DNA of 64,000 nucleotides. Source: Octopus vulgaris. Lineage: Eukaryota. The position numbers were made by a program, and so were the translations under genes. The first letter of the stretch is position 1. Every line of letters begins with the position of its first letter. Location: assembly GCA_951406725.2 (NCBI GenBank), contig OX597832.1:60946001-61010000 (forward strand), in the 5' to 3' direction. The notes under the pieces are model-generated. The model was given only the letters and a program-made list of their open reading frames with translations. It was not told where the DNA came from and did no database searches. Below, piece after piece: positions 12,566 through 26,309 of this stretch.

Positions 12566-12769
12566 CTGTTGTGTCTGGGGAAAGTCATTTTCTTTTTGTG
12601 CCTTATGATGTAACACACTCACCGGTAAAATTTCCACTTATTTCTTATTTGTATTTTCCTAAAATTTTCGTTGCGTGTTGCAACCTTTTCAATAGTCAAG
12701 ACTATTTTACCGGTGAGTGTGTTACATTATAAGGCACAAAAACAAAATGACTCTCCCCAGACACAAACA

Positions 12770-12770
<1 letters not shown>
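12566..12770. mobile_element. Fold-back element (~63-bp arms) with degenerate hammerhead-like centre; Penelope pLTR-like
   Basis: 12569-12631 is the reverse complement of 12704-12766. The minus strand of the spacer reads TTGAAAAG-GTTGC aacac GCAAC-GAAA. A single-arm copy lies at 23310-23420. Confidence 0.65.
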
Positions 12771-12813
<43 letters not shown>

Positions 12814-12897
12814 TATATATATATAAAGTTAATCCAAACAAGAAAACAAAAAGACAACAACGCAAGGATGTGGAAGAAATAAAGTATTATTGGACGC

Positions 12898-12982
<85 letters not shown>

Positions 12983-13081
12983 TATTCATATATTTTTAAA
13001 CACACCTTCCTTCAACATATACACCATATAGGTACGTATATTTATTTATATATACAGATACACACACATACATACATATAT

Positions 13082-13133
<52 letters not shown>

Positions 13134-13662
13134 ACAGAGATATACACACGGATACACATAATTGTTTATAATCGGCTCAAAGGTCGACAGTTTCGTGCAT
13201 GGCATTTATTAAACCTCAACTCTCGAACCACGAGCTATGGCCATTTTTTAATTGTTACCAATTAAGAATAATAGAATATTTATTTCTATTTATTCCCCTG
13301 TTCATTTCCCCACTCCACACTATCACATATTTACAAATACGACACTAACTTTCTGGACAGTGATTGCCCGGAATCTCTTACAATCCGTACTAATTTATGC
13401 GCGGGAACTTGAAATTCTCAAGACCGCCAAACTAGTTTAGCGGTACTTGACTCAGATTAGTAACCTGTACAGTATGTTGATAATAAACTTGTGTCGTATA
13501 TACTAATGTAAAGGTACCTGTAATTCATTTGATTATTTCATTAAATTAAATATTTGTTTGATTTAGAAAGAGTTGAGCATGGTAGCTATTCGTGGTGTGG
13601 AAAGTCCTTGGATGCAAAGCTTCCGGAAACCGATGTTGCCCCTGTCGATATATACACACAGC

Positions 13663-14036
13663 AGTGGAGGCGCAATGGCCCAATGGATAGGGCAGCGGAC
13701 TTGCGGTCGGAGGATCGCGGTTTTGATTCCCAGACAGAGTGTTGTGTGTGTTTATTGAACGAAAACACCTAAAGCTCTAAGAGGCTATGGCAGGGGGTGC
13801 TGGCGACCCCTGTTGTACTCTTTCGCTCTAACTTTCTCTCACTCTTTCTTCCAGTTTCTTGTCCCCGAATTCCTACGCAACCGCTGAGGCTGGATGCGCA
13901 TTCATCCATCCGTCGATGCTCTCGGTGTTGGGGTTGACCTGCTTTCTCTTCTGCGGGTCTTACGAATAACAAAGGACCACGTTTCGGATTTCTCCCAAGG
14001 ACGAAGACCGCTTCGCTCAACAAACAAACAAACAAA
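13663..14036 (+). mobile_element. SINE family C (tRNA-derived head, (CAAA)n tail)
   Basis: GGAGGCGCAATGGCCCAATGG..GGTTTTGATTCCC pol III boxes; same head as 40701-40865; ends in (acaa)n. Confidence 0.8.
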
Positions 14037-14471
14037 TACACGCAGCGATTATATCGCGAAACCCGCACAGGTGCCAATAAAACCTCATACATATTTATAA
14101 CCGTATATTTACTTTAGTTTAAATTTTTGTTGCTATTCACACAAGTGTCAAACGTTACCACAAAAGGCCATATAAAGGCATAATAGCTATATGATGTCTG
14201 TTTTAAATAACTATCAAGACTTTTCCACGAAATTATGTTTCTGTTTAAATAGCTCTTCAGATGGTTTCACTTGCGAAACAAGTCTAACTCCAAGATACGT
14301 ATACACACGCACGTATGTGCACGCGCATAAACTGCTATAAATGTGTGTGTTTGTATATGTATATATATGTGTATGTCTGTATACCTGTATGTATGTATGT
14401 ATGTATGTATGTATATATATATACATATGTATGTATATATATATATGCATATGTATGTATATGTGTGTATA

Positions 14472-14537
<66 letters not shown>

Positions 14538-14592
14538 ATGTATGTATATATACATATGTATATAAATATGTATGTATATGTATATATATGTT

Positions 14593-14670
<78 letters not shown>

Positions 14671-15103
14671 AACAAAGTTAAGTTGTAAGGTACCGCAAGA
14701 AAGGAAATATATATATGAAAGAAAGTTTGAAAATGTAGTTTTAAAAGGTGTTTATTCACTTGACCGGTTTCACTTTTTTAGAAAAAGATTGTCAAAAGTA
14801 AAATGTAAAGCTTTGTATGAGCTTTGTTGTGTTAAGTACTGGTTATCAGAAAAGTATTGAAAAACAGAGATACATTTAATAAAATGTTAAAAACAGCTTA
14901 CAAGAAAATATTTGAAAAATGATGGCGTCTATATATATATCTGTAAATAATGATAACAGTTTTATAAGCTTAAAGCTTATAAGTGATCACCGTGTATTGA
15001 TTAAAGCAAGTAGTCTAATATTGGGGTAAATATGTCCTCGATGGAAAAAAATTACGTTTTCTGTACGCATGAGATTCGAACCCACACATCTTGTTAATGT
15101 ATA

Positions 15104-15168
<65 letters not shown>

Positions 15169-15502
15169 AATCCAAACGGGAAACAAAAAAAAAAAAAACA
15201 ATGGAACAATTACAGTATTATTATTAATAGGCGCTCAGGAAATGGAAGCAGGGAGGTATGACGTTTCGAGCGGAGCTCTTCGTCGGAAACATAAAGAAGG
15301 AAGAGAGAGGAAAGAAAGATCCCGGAGCGGGCAACGGAGATAGAGAAAAAAACGACTGGTGTTAGGAGTAGCACATGGTGAAAGGCGGATGTTTACGATA
15401 ACAAGAGCAAAGTGGGTTTTTAAAGGCAAAAGAGTGGAGACAAGGTTGGTAACGCAACAGATGTGTGTGTATGTGTGAGTGTGTGCGTGTGCGATATATA
15501 TA

Positions 15503-15572
15503 TTTCATAGAAGGAGCTTCTACAGGACTAGAACTGTTTCATTCTAGTCCTGTAGAATCTCCTTCTATAAAA
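15503..15572. repeat. Short fold-back (31-bp arms, 8-nt loop)
   Basis: tttcatagaaggagcttctacaggactagaa / ttctagtcctgtagaatctccttctataaaa with two mismatches; the loop carries a GAAAC remnant on the minus strand. Confidence 0.8.
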
Positions 15573-15642
15573 TAAATTAATTTACTCTGCTATGTATTGA
15601 TTACCTTATTTACTGTGGTTAACCCCGACTCAACCCGGGACC

Positions 15643-15697
<55 letters not shown>

Positions 15698-17019
15698 ATT
15701 ATATATATATATATAAGATTGTTCTTGATATTAATAATGATGCGCACTCTTGACCTTTCTGTCCCCTCTCTTTCTCAGCCTTCATTCTTTCTGGTTTCCT
15801 CACAACCATTCCCTTTTTTCTCTCCCTTTCTCTTGCTCCTCCTCCTCCTCCTCCTCCTCCTTCTCGTTGTTGACCCGCGACGAGAGCTCTGCTACTGTCT
15901 TTCTGGCCTGACTTCCTTGAAGTGTGGACGGCATTTTCTGTTGCTCCTTCGCCGTTCTCAAAAATAGCGTTCGTAATACTTTTTCTTGTTCGGGTTAACC
16001 GCCCTTCTTGTCTTGTTATTCTCCTTGTCCTGTCTTTTACTGTTTATATTTTGTACTGTCGTTACTGTCCTGTTTTTGTTACCATTTTTACCCCTCCGCA
16101 AAAAGATCTCAAATTCTATTTAATTTGCTTTTCGCGGGAAAGAAAGTTTCTATCGAAGATGCTTATCGCCTTCACCTTCGAAACGCAGAGTAGATGAAAC
16201 CATGGCGACTGAAGAAGGGGAATTTTCCTTATGTTATTTGTCCTGTACTCTATTTGTTTTATTGTTTAAGAAAAATGTCCAGTTCCTTGGTTTTGTGTTT
16301 ATGTTTTCGTTTCTCATTGTGTTCGACGTTTTGTTTTGGTGTCCTGTACCCATATATGCGTGTATATATAAATGTAGAGGTAGGTACGTACATATATGTA
16401 TGTATATATGCATGTTATATTTATTCCAGATATCCTTTTATCCTCATTTCTGGGGTTTGGATATGGCGTAAAAATGACTGCTTATCTCTCTACACCCATA
16501 TCTTTCTATATATTCTTCCTATATATCTATCTACACTTACGTAGGCGTGTAGATATATGTCTAAATGTATATTCCTGTCTGAGAGATCTAAATATTTTCC
16601 GACCCCTTACTCTCTCTCTCTCTCTTTTTTTTTCTCTTCCCCCACTCTTCACCTCCTCTTCCTATCTTTCTTTCTTTGTTAATTAGACAAACTAATTATT
16701 TAAGCATTTTATAATGAGTCGTTTAGTCGAAAGAGTGTGGGGTGGTTGGGTGGAAAGCGGACTGGAGTTCATTATTTGTTTAGTATGTGTTTAATGGTCG
16801 CCAAGGTTAGAAATAATCGGTCAACTGGCACCGTTGATTGTGTGTGTGTGTGGGTGTGTGAAGGGAGAGGCGGTGGAGGAGAAAGAAAGAGAGAGGTGAA
16901 ATAGGAATCCATATATATATATATATAGAGAGAGAGAGAGGCAGAGAGGGGGGAGAAAGAATATATGTATGTATATATGCATATATTCTTTCTCTCTGTC
17001 TCTCTCTTTCTACACACAA

Positions 17020-17050
<31 letters not shown>

Positions 17051-17083
17051 CATACATTTTCTCTCCCTCTGTCTCTCTGTCTC

Positions 17084-17167
<84 letters not shown>

Positions 17168-17499
17168 TATATACATATATATATAGAGAGAGAGAGACAG
17201 AGAGAGAGAAAGAGAGAGAGACTGATATAGGATATCTTGGAATGAAATCTTGACTGGTTAATTAAACAGGAAGGTTGTTTTGTTCAGTTCTTTGGTGCCG
17301 CCAACACCGACAACATCTCCGGCACACATCAACAACAACAACAACAACGTAATTAACTTACAATGCCAAGAATAGTATAACAAAGACATCCATTATGGTT
17401 TCGCAGTAGAATCTTGTTAAATCACTAGTTAAATGTTTAAGTTGTGTACTAAACGTGTATCTTGGAATAAACAATATTAGTTGCTAGAAAGAAAAAAGT

Positions 17500-17632
17500 C
17501 GGTGGTGTAGTGGTTAGAGGTGTTTAGCTTCACGATCGCAATATCGTGGGTTCAATACCTAGGGCCGGACAGCTCGTTGTGTCCTTGAGGAAAGCACTTC
17601 GATTCACGTTGCTGCAGTTTACGCAGCTGGAA
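17500..17632 (+). mobile_element. SINE family D head (tRNA + CORE-like)
   Basis: GGTGTAGTGGTTAG..GTGGGTTCAATACC then gtgtccttgaggaaagcact; related to the minus copy at 58620-58913. Confidence 0.7.
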
Positions 17633-17784
17633 GTATAGACGAGTGTTATTTCATCTCTCTCCCTCTCACTCTCTCTCTCTCTCTCTCATATTCTCCATGT
17701 CCCTGTGTGTGTGTGTGTGTGTGTGTCTCCGTTCGTATGTCTTTCGCTCTCTCTTTGTCCGTATGTATGTCTGTCTGTCTGTTT

Positions 17785-17857
<73 letters not shown>

Positions 17858-17919
17858 TCATTTCAAAGACTGTAAGATGTGGACATCTGGAAGATTTGAT
17901 TGCTATTTCTAGAAAGTGG

Positions 17920-18251
17920 AAGTTTTATTCTTTTCTACGCTAGGCACAAGCCCCGAAATTTTGGGGAAGGGGGCCAGTCGAAAGTGTGAAAGGCAAAGTC
18001 GACCTCCGCATAATTTGAACTCGGAACGTAGCGGCAGACGAAAGAACTATTTCTTTAATACCCACAAGGGGCTAAACATAGAGGGGACAAACAAGGACAG
18101 ACAAACGGATTAAGTCGATTACATCGACCCCAGTGCGCAACTGGTACTTATTTAATCGACCCCGAAAGGATGAAAGGCAAAGTCGACCTCGGCGGAATTT
18201 GAACTCAGAACGTAACGGCAGACGAAATACCGCTAAGCATTTCGCCCGGCG
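17920..18251 (-). mobile_element. SINE family A, dimeric form
   Basis: Two successive aaggcaaagtcgacctc..aatttgaactc units with different tails; abuts the 5'-truncated Tx1-like LINE. Confidence 0.85.
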
Positions 18252-18637
18252 AATAGAAAAGCAGACAAACAAAGCAGGGAGGTTTACCACTCCCAAAACC
18301 AAAACAACCTCAGAAAACAAAAGCATCAACACAAGCATACTAACACCAAACCCCACAACAATGTTTGCTATAAACAGTAACAATCCGGATGTATTGGGGT
18401 ACATTAAGTCAAACACCAACATAACCGAAAATGATACCAAACTAAAGAATCACCCACGCACAACACCACCACAACACATTAAAATCATACACATAACACA
18501 GAACACACACTACACACTGAAATCTCTCTACCCGGATACAGAAGAGAGATTTCAAAAATACCTCTCAAAAAAAACTATACAAAGACTTTCTAGGAGAAGA
18601 CTGTGAGGTGAAGGACAAACAACTTTCGAACAGTAGG

Positions 18638-18685
<48 letters not shown>

Positions 18686-21285
18686 GTCTTCCTTTTGTGT
18701 TTAAAACACAACTTTCGACAGGAACATGCTCAAAATAGGCAGTATAAATGTACGTGGCTTGGGGTCGCCTTGGAAACAAAGCTACCTGTTAAATGACATC
18801 AAGTCACAAAATCTGCATATCATAGCCATCAGCGAGACCAGACTCCACAACCCGCGGGCACTCCAGCACATGTTCGGCGGACATTTCAACATTTTTTTCC
18901 TCCATGTCTGCCGAGAATGGGCGGAGGTGGCACCGTGGTGCTTCTTCGGAAGAGTCTGGACCTCAAAGTAAGAGCAATTTTCCTAGACCCGGAGAGTAGG
19001 CTGGTCGTCCTGGATGTTTATGGCAGTAATGGGTGTGCTTTTCGACTGATAACAGTTTATGCACCGTCCATAACAAATCGGCCAGATTTCTTTCGACGTC
19101 TAGAGGTTTTCCTGGGAACGTCTCAACCTTTACTTTAAGTGAGGATTGAAATGCTACCTTGGACACGCATCTAGAATACGTGGGTAGAGATAGGAATAGG
19201 AGGGGGTGTAAATGCTTCAAAGACCTGCTGAGACGTTTCCAACTGTCTGATAGGTACCGACTGGACCACCCGAATGTGCCAATATGGACATGGAGCAACC
19301 GCATCGGGCCGTCCAGATCGTATTTAGATAGAGTATTCTGTAGGACAGTGGATAAGGATAGAGAAGGTTGTCCACAATTCCATATAGTCAGTTACACAGA
19401 TCACAAATTTGTGACTTGTACACTTGACTTAGATAAGACACATAAGCAGTGTCCCGGTTACTGGAAGCTAAACGCGTGTTCACGGCACACCAGGTTTACA
19501 GGGAACGGATTAGCACATTAGTTGAGAGAGCATTGACGGGCGCCATCGTCAACAACAGATGGTGGTATGCCCTTAAGAAAGCAATTAAAGCAGAATCGGT
19601 TAGGTATAGTAAGACTCTAGCATTAGACCGAAATAGAATGGAGGGAGACCTAGTTAAGAAATTAGAAGAGGCACTTAGAACTGGCATCGCGTCCAACGTA
19701 CAGGCGGCGAGGTTGGCCCTCGACTAATACTTCAACGCCAAACACAAAGGATGCGTTGTCAGAGCTAGGATGCGTTCTCTGAGGAACGAAGGAGTTGGAG
19801 CCTCCCGAGAGGCCCAAGTGGCGGAGGTGCAACGAGGCAATAGAGCCACCATTAGGTCACTTACAAATGAACAGGAGCGCGAATTACTCGAGCCTGAAAG
19901 GATGTGTGAGGCCTTTCAACAGCACTTTGCCCGACTGTTCGGGATAACTGGTGGATCAGAACGCAGAGTGGGCTTTAGTGCCTACCTGCAACCCCTGTCA
20001 AGACACTCGGAGTGTTGTGAAAGACCCATCACAGCCGCGGACGTACGGGATGCAATGGCAGGCTGCGCGGGAGACAAATCGCCAGGCTTGGATAGTCTAT
20101 CCTTCGAATTTTATTGCCATATGCCAGACTTGCTTTTAGGGGTATTGTCAGTTGTCTACTGCAACTGGCAGGGAAACGGGTATCTCTGTCTTTGTAAAGC
20201 GAGGAGCGGTGGCACTGCTAAAGAAAGATCCAAACAAGGGGTACATCATAGATAACTTCAGGCCCATCATTCTGTTCAACGCAAATTTGAAAATTTTGGC
20301 CAAGCTGTTAGCCGAGAGGTTGGCAACTCTGCCGTCCGAGATCAAACTTGTGCGACTTCATTACAACAAAGGCGTTCTATAGAGGATTAGTGGAGGGGAG
20401 GTGCGATGACGTTCTCGGGCAGAATCTGGGCGTCGACGAGGAACACCTGACCCGCCTGTTCAGGACAATTTTCGGGCCGGGACCTATGGACAATTACCAG
20501 AAACCCCTGTTCTGGCAGTGCTATCGAGAAGCATTGTCCGTTCGGAATAAGCTCTACAGGCGCGGTTCGAGACACGCTGGACTGACTTGCCCGAGATGCG
20601 GTCAGAGAGACGAAACCGTTCTGTACGCACTCGTGCAGCGTCCAACCATTTCGGACCTGTGGGCTGCAGTCACGTGTGGGACGAATTCGTTTGTCGGCCG
20701 AGTCTATTATGAAAACTGCTCCGCCACCTTCCCTTAACCGGGAAGGCAAGGCAGTCTTCATCGTACTGGTGGTCATGGTGAAAGAATGTGTGTGGTGAAC
20801 TCGAGTGAAAGGTTTCGAGACAAACACTTACCTCTCTGGCCAATCGCTCATCAACTCTTTCAAGTACCACTTGAAAAGGAAGGTGAGAATAGAAAGGCAA
20901 GTTTTGTCTCGTGAAAGATTCAATAAAAGGTACGCGCGAATAAGAAAACCACTTCAGGCATGATCCTGTAAATCGAAAAGAGAGAGAGAGAGAAAGAGAA
21001 TGAGAGCACTTTGCTCTCGTGTTTTTCCCTCCCTGCCTTCGGTTACCGTGGTCTTTTTCGTAGGCTTTTCTTTACACGGATAAACCTAATGTTACTTTTT
21101 ACATTTTAAAAATTCTTCTGTGATATACGATCCCTTTTGGTCGCTTTTTTTTTGCTCGGTCCCTTTTGATAGGAAATTTATTTTTTCCTATTTTTTTCTA
21201 TTTTCTTCTTTAAGTTCAGAAAAGAAAAGCTCTACATTGAATTTTGTCCCCTCTGTATTCGACCCTATGTAGCTAATAAAGAAAC
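18252..21285 (+). mobile_element. Tx1/L1-like non-LTR retrotransposon: 5'-truncated, RT core deleted, frameshifted
   Basis: Putative ORF1 tail to 18606, (CT)n spacer, ORF2 from 18726: MLKIGSINVRGL, IIAISET, VYAP, SRSYLDRVF, YTDHK, PGYWKLN (APE endonuclease); KSPGLD..FEFY and NFRPIILFNANLKILAKLLAERL (start of RT); then an abrupt jump to C-terminal TCPRCGQRDETVLYALV. AATAAA near 21275. Confidence 0.9.
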
Positions 21286-21376
21286 TTTTCTGTCTATGTA
21301 TGTATGTATGTATGTATGTATGTATGTATGTATGTATGTATGTATGTATGTATCTATCTATCTGGTTGTCTGTCTG

Positions 21377-21429
<53 letters not shown>

Positions 21430-21967
21430 TTTTCGATCGATCGATCGATCCATCCATCCATCCATGCATGCATCCATCCATCCATCCAGCTATCTATCTG
21501 TCTATCTAGCTTTCTATTTGTACATACATAGATATATTACAGGGATATTATATAACTTTATATGCGCGCGGGCGTGTGTACACACACACACACAAACACA
21601 CACTCAAACTGCTCCTCATCAGTGGTCCAGACATAAGACTGAAGTATAACAAACGGCGACTGCACCTGTGCTAACCGCCAATAATTCATTCAAATTTCGA
21701 GCACTTAGTCAAAACCATCGACTCCAACATTTGATCCCGGAACGTAAAAAAAATGGATGAAATGCTGCTAAGCGTTCTGTCCGATGTGCTAATGATCCTG
21801 TGAAATAATAATGATAGCAGAGTCATTGTGGGATCGTGTCCAGATGATTGTGAGTGTGAAACACACTTCTTAACCCAACCATACTGCATCCAATGCGCAG
21901 TGGGGTACACTTATTCAACCCCTGTTAGTTTGGGAAAATGGGGAGTGAGATTATGACAAGTAAACCT

Positions 21968-22192
21968 GGTGAGCTGGCAGAAACATTAGCACGCCAGGCG
22001 AAATGCGTAGCCGTATTTCGTCTGCCGCTACGTTCTGAGTTCAAATTCCACCGATGTCGACTTTGCCTTTCATCCTTTCGGGGTCGATTAAATAAGTACC
22101 AGTTATGTATTGGGGTCGATGTAACCGATTTAGTCCCTTTGTCTATCCTTGTTTGTCCCCTCCATGTTTAGCCCCTTGTGGGCAATAAAGAG
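21968..22192 (+). mobile_element. SINE family A
   Basis: Full head, centre and tail matching 7552-7783. Confidence 0.85.
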
Positions 22193-22207
22193 TTAGACAA
22201 GCGAACC

Positions 22208-22285
22208 TGATGATGACAATGATGATGATGATGATGATATCGACAGCGATGACGACGACCACGATGATGATGATGAGAATGGTGG

Positions 22286-22316
<31 letters not shown>

Positions 22317-22665
22317 AACGAGGGCGATGATGAGGGCAACGACGAGGACAACAAAGGCAACGATGACGACGACGACCGCGATGATGACAATGTTGATGAT
22401 AATAATGACGACTACGAAGATGATGAAGATGACGATGACGACGACAATGACGACGATGCCGATGACGAAGACGACAATGATAATGACAACGACGACGACC
22501 ACGATGATGAGAATGGTGGTGGTGATGATGATGATGATGATGATGATGATAATGATGGTGATGATGATAACGCTGACGTTTAAGATGGAAGTGATAGTGG
22601 TGATTATTATGACGACGACGACGACGAACGATGACGACGACGAACGATGACGACGACGATGATAT
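22208..22665. repeat. Compound (GAT/GAC/ACG)n trinucleotide array
   Basis: About 450 bp of mixed trinucleotides with an internal higher-order repeat (acgaccacgatgatg..agaatggtggtg near 22255 and 22495). Confidence 0.95.
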
Positions 22666-23417
22666 TTTTATCAATTTGAAATTTTAATCCAGAAAAATTT
22701 GTAAACAACAACAGCAACAACAACAGCAATACCGATAACAATAATAATCTTGATTTGAAATTCTCCACATGTGACAGAAAAGTCTTTGTTTTTATTTTTA
22801 ATTTTGTTTTTCTCATTGAATCCACCAATCGGAGTAGTGTGGAGGAGGGGGCAGGGAGAGAGAGAGAGAGTGAAGTTCTGGGAAGAAATGAGGTCTTGGT
22901 TGTAATTAAAAATTAGTTAATTAATCAGGAAAATTATCCCCGGCTTCCACAGCCCCACCGCTCCTCAAACAGCCCTCACTATTGCCGCCATATCTACCGC
23001 TGTTACCAACATCCCCATCCTAACCACCGGCATCACCAGTAGCACCAGAAGCAGCAGCAGCACCACCACCACCACCACCACCAGCAGTATAATTACGTTA
23101 CGTTAGTATTAGCAAAGATGGCTATTAATGGTTCACTGATATAAATCAGTTGTTGGATTCTCAAATATTCGACCTGTTCAAAAATCACCCAGCTCAAAGG
23201 ACAACAAGCCAGTGAAAGAGAAAGGGTGGGGATGGCGGGTGGGTGGGGGTGAACAGATACACAGACAGATAGACAAACAGACAGACAGATAGAAAGATGT
23301 AGATATAAACAGACGCAACGAAAATCTTAGAAAAATAAAGAAATCAGTGAAAACTTTACCAGCGAGTGTGTTAAATCATAAGGCACTAAAAGAGAATGAC
23401 TCTCCCCAGACACAACA

Positions 23418-23466
<49 letters not shown>

Positions 23467-23639
23467 GAGAGAAAGAGAGTGTGTTCTATTTCGGTACGGT
23501 CATTTTTTCTCTTGCCAAATAAACACACGCACTATACATTCCTTCTTCACCTGTGTATTATTGTTCTTATTTTCTATCCATTGTCCGGAAACCTTTCGTC
23601 TCTAACCTGTGACCTCTTCAGAAAGATGACGGTTTAGCT

Positions 23640-23835
23640 ATTGCTAACAACATAATCAGATCTATAGACCAGATACATAAAGAAAGATCTGGTTGATATT
23701 TCGAAAGAGCAAGGCTTAAAACTCACTTTTACTAGAGACTCAAGAGCAGACAGCTTCCTGGTTAATACCTTAGTTTTCACGACATCTAAACACAAAGCAC
23801 GCAGAAAATAAAATGACAATTTTGTTGCTTATTCA
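23640..23835 (+). pseudogene. Penelope-like RT fragment
   Basis: Frameshifted ..KKDLVDISKEQGLKLTF..DSFLV.TL..TTSKHKARRK.NDN resembles PLE RT (KK.LIKIFK..GLKIT..VDFLDVTL...YKPYRKPND); adjacent to a hammerhead-like motif at 23581-23630. Confidence 0.5.
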
Positions 23836-26309
23836 TTGGTCGGTTCAGAAGCTGCCTAGTGAATATTGCCAGTTGTAACTTTGATACATCTGTTCCACAA
23901 CTGAGGTAAAGAAATTGTGGTTTCCACATTGCTTCAACAAATATTTTTCGTAAGTAGCAGGACCTAAATGTTACAGTTCAATGGCTATAACAACCCTTTC
24001 TACCAAATGTACAAGGCCAGAAATTATGAGAGAGTGGGGGCTAGCCGATCACAACGATCTCAGAGCTCTACTGGTATTTATTTTATTGATCCCGGAAAGA
24101 CGAAGGGCAAAATCGACCTCGGCAGAACGTAAAGCTGGAGGAAACGCGGCAAAGTACATTGTCCAGCGTGCTAACGATTCTGCCTGCTGGCTCTCTGATT
24201 GGCGGCAATAATGATGACGTATTCAGTGGTGGTGGTGGTGGTTTGTGTGAAGGGGAAGATAACGCTTTTCAGTTCCACACAAATGGCCGGGTGTAACTGG
24301 ATATCGGGGACTTTACTTAAGTATATGTATAATGCCTCAAATGCAATATGGTTTCACTGACAACTTTTTCCAAACGCTGGACTAAAAAACAAAGGAGAAA
24401 ACCGGTCTTCAAATAGAGACTTGGTGCCCCATATTCTTTCATTTTCCTTCCTGAATTCCAGAAGTGATCGATGAGTGCAAGCTTTTTAGTAAATGTATCA
24501 TTCCCTGTTGCTTGACCAACTGACCAAGTTACCCAAGCCAAATTTCTGTATTTTCGTTCAAATGAAAGATCGAAACTTTCATAATAATCTTTATATCCTG
24601 AATACACTACAAAACCCTCCGCAAAAAATACGAGTTTTCTAGAATTATCTGTTTACAAGGTTCATTTAGTGCAAGGAGCCTTGACATACTTTCTGCCAGC
24701 TCCCTCATAAAACACTTAAGGCTCCACGTTGAGATAATATTTCCCTTAAAAATAAATCTCGCGAGAGTATTTGTTTGTATGTATGTATGTATGTATGTAT
24801 GTATGTATGTATGTATGTATGTATATATGTACATATGTATGTGTGAGTGTGTATGTATGTATGTATGAGTGTGTATATTTATATGCATGTAGGATTGTAT
24901 ATGTATATATGGTGATATGAATGTATACATGTATATACGCGCGCGCACAGACATACACACACACGTATACGTATATGTATGATTGCATGCAAGCATGTAT
25001 GTATATATATATATATATATATAGGTGTGTATGTGTATATATGTGCGTTTGTATATGTATCTCTCTCTCTCTCTCTTTATATATATATATATATATACAC
25101 GTACGTACATATATGTATTAAGCTATCGACATATATATGTGTATGATTGCGCTTGAGTATGTGTATCTGAGAGAAAGAGATGAATATGGCTCTATACAGA
25201 CACACACACACACACGCGCATGCCCACACACATACACACACGCGTGCTTTCTTTCCCCAGGGGCAAGTTTGTGTGTTATTATAAGTGAATCATATTGTCA
25301 ACTTTGTTATACAAACACAGCCATTTCAAATACATATGTCGACATATTCTCCAGTAAAAATTTATGTCATCGCCCCCCACCCCACCCCCTAATTGTTGAA
25401 GTCTCCTGCTGTTGTTATCGTTGTTGTTGTTGTTGATAGTTTCTGTGTCAGAAACCTAAAAAGTCGTTGAACCAAAATAAAGCTTGCTCTACTTCTGTTA
25501 TTAAATGCGAAACAATTCACTTGGGAACAGTAGAATTCTTTTATCCAGATTTACAGCACCCCCCCGCTCTACCAATCTGACCTCTTGGAATGGTTTAGCG
25601 TTGGATCAGTTGTTTCAATAGCTTTTATGTTATTATTATTATTATCATCATTATTTTTCCTTATTTTCGCCGTTGCAAGCCAATGCTCCATCAAGTAAGG
25701 TGCAAAACTGGCGTTTTGTCAGCCAGGCAAACTGGAACACTTGAGGTTATCTACCTTGGCTAAGATTTACAAAACGTCGACCTTTGAATCAAAAACTTAG
25801 GAAGGAGAATTTGCACTTTATATGGTTCTCTGACCTGCTAGAAAGAGCAGCCAAATTTCATTTTAAGCTGTAGAGTCTAAAACTAGAAGGCAACACTGGA
25901 AAATTAGCTCTTGATGCAATATATCTGGGGCGACGAGGGTCAGAAAAAGAAGATAGGTGGTCACATTTGGATCGTTTTCGATGATAGGTCTAATAGATGT
26001 ATAGTTACGAAAAAAAAAATGTAAGTAAAATTAGAACTTAAACCCACAATGTCAGAAACTTTGATGCCATTTTTCTCGACCAGGTATTATTGCCAGGAAG
26101 AGTAAGGTGGCGTGCTGGCACAATGGTTAGCGCGCCGGACAAAACGTTGGGTGGCATTTCTTCAGAATCTTTACCTTCTCAGTTTCGAATGCCACCGAGA
26201 TCAATTTTTGCCTTTCACTCTTTCGGGAGTCGATAAAGTAGAGAACCAGTTAAGTACGAGGGTCGATGTAATGTACTTACTCCTTCCCGCTAAAGCTGTT
26301 TGCTTTATC

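Noticed and set aside
13663-13740. Possible tRNA gene (also 17500-17570 and the family A/B heads)
   Set aside because: Cloverleaf incomplete and continuous with SINE bodies; these are tRNA-derived heads.
22143-22674. Poly-Met/His/Ile ORFs
   Set aside because: Trinucleotide array open in several frames.
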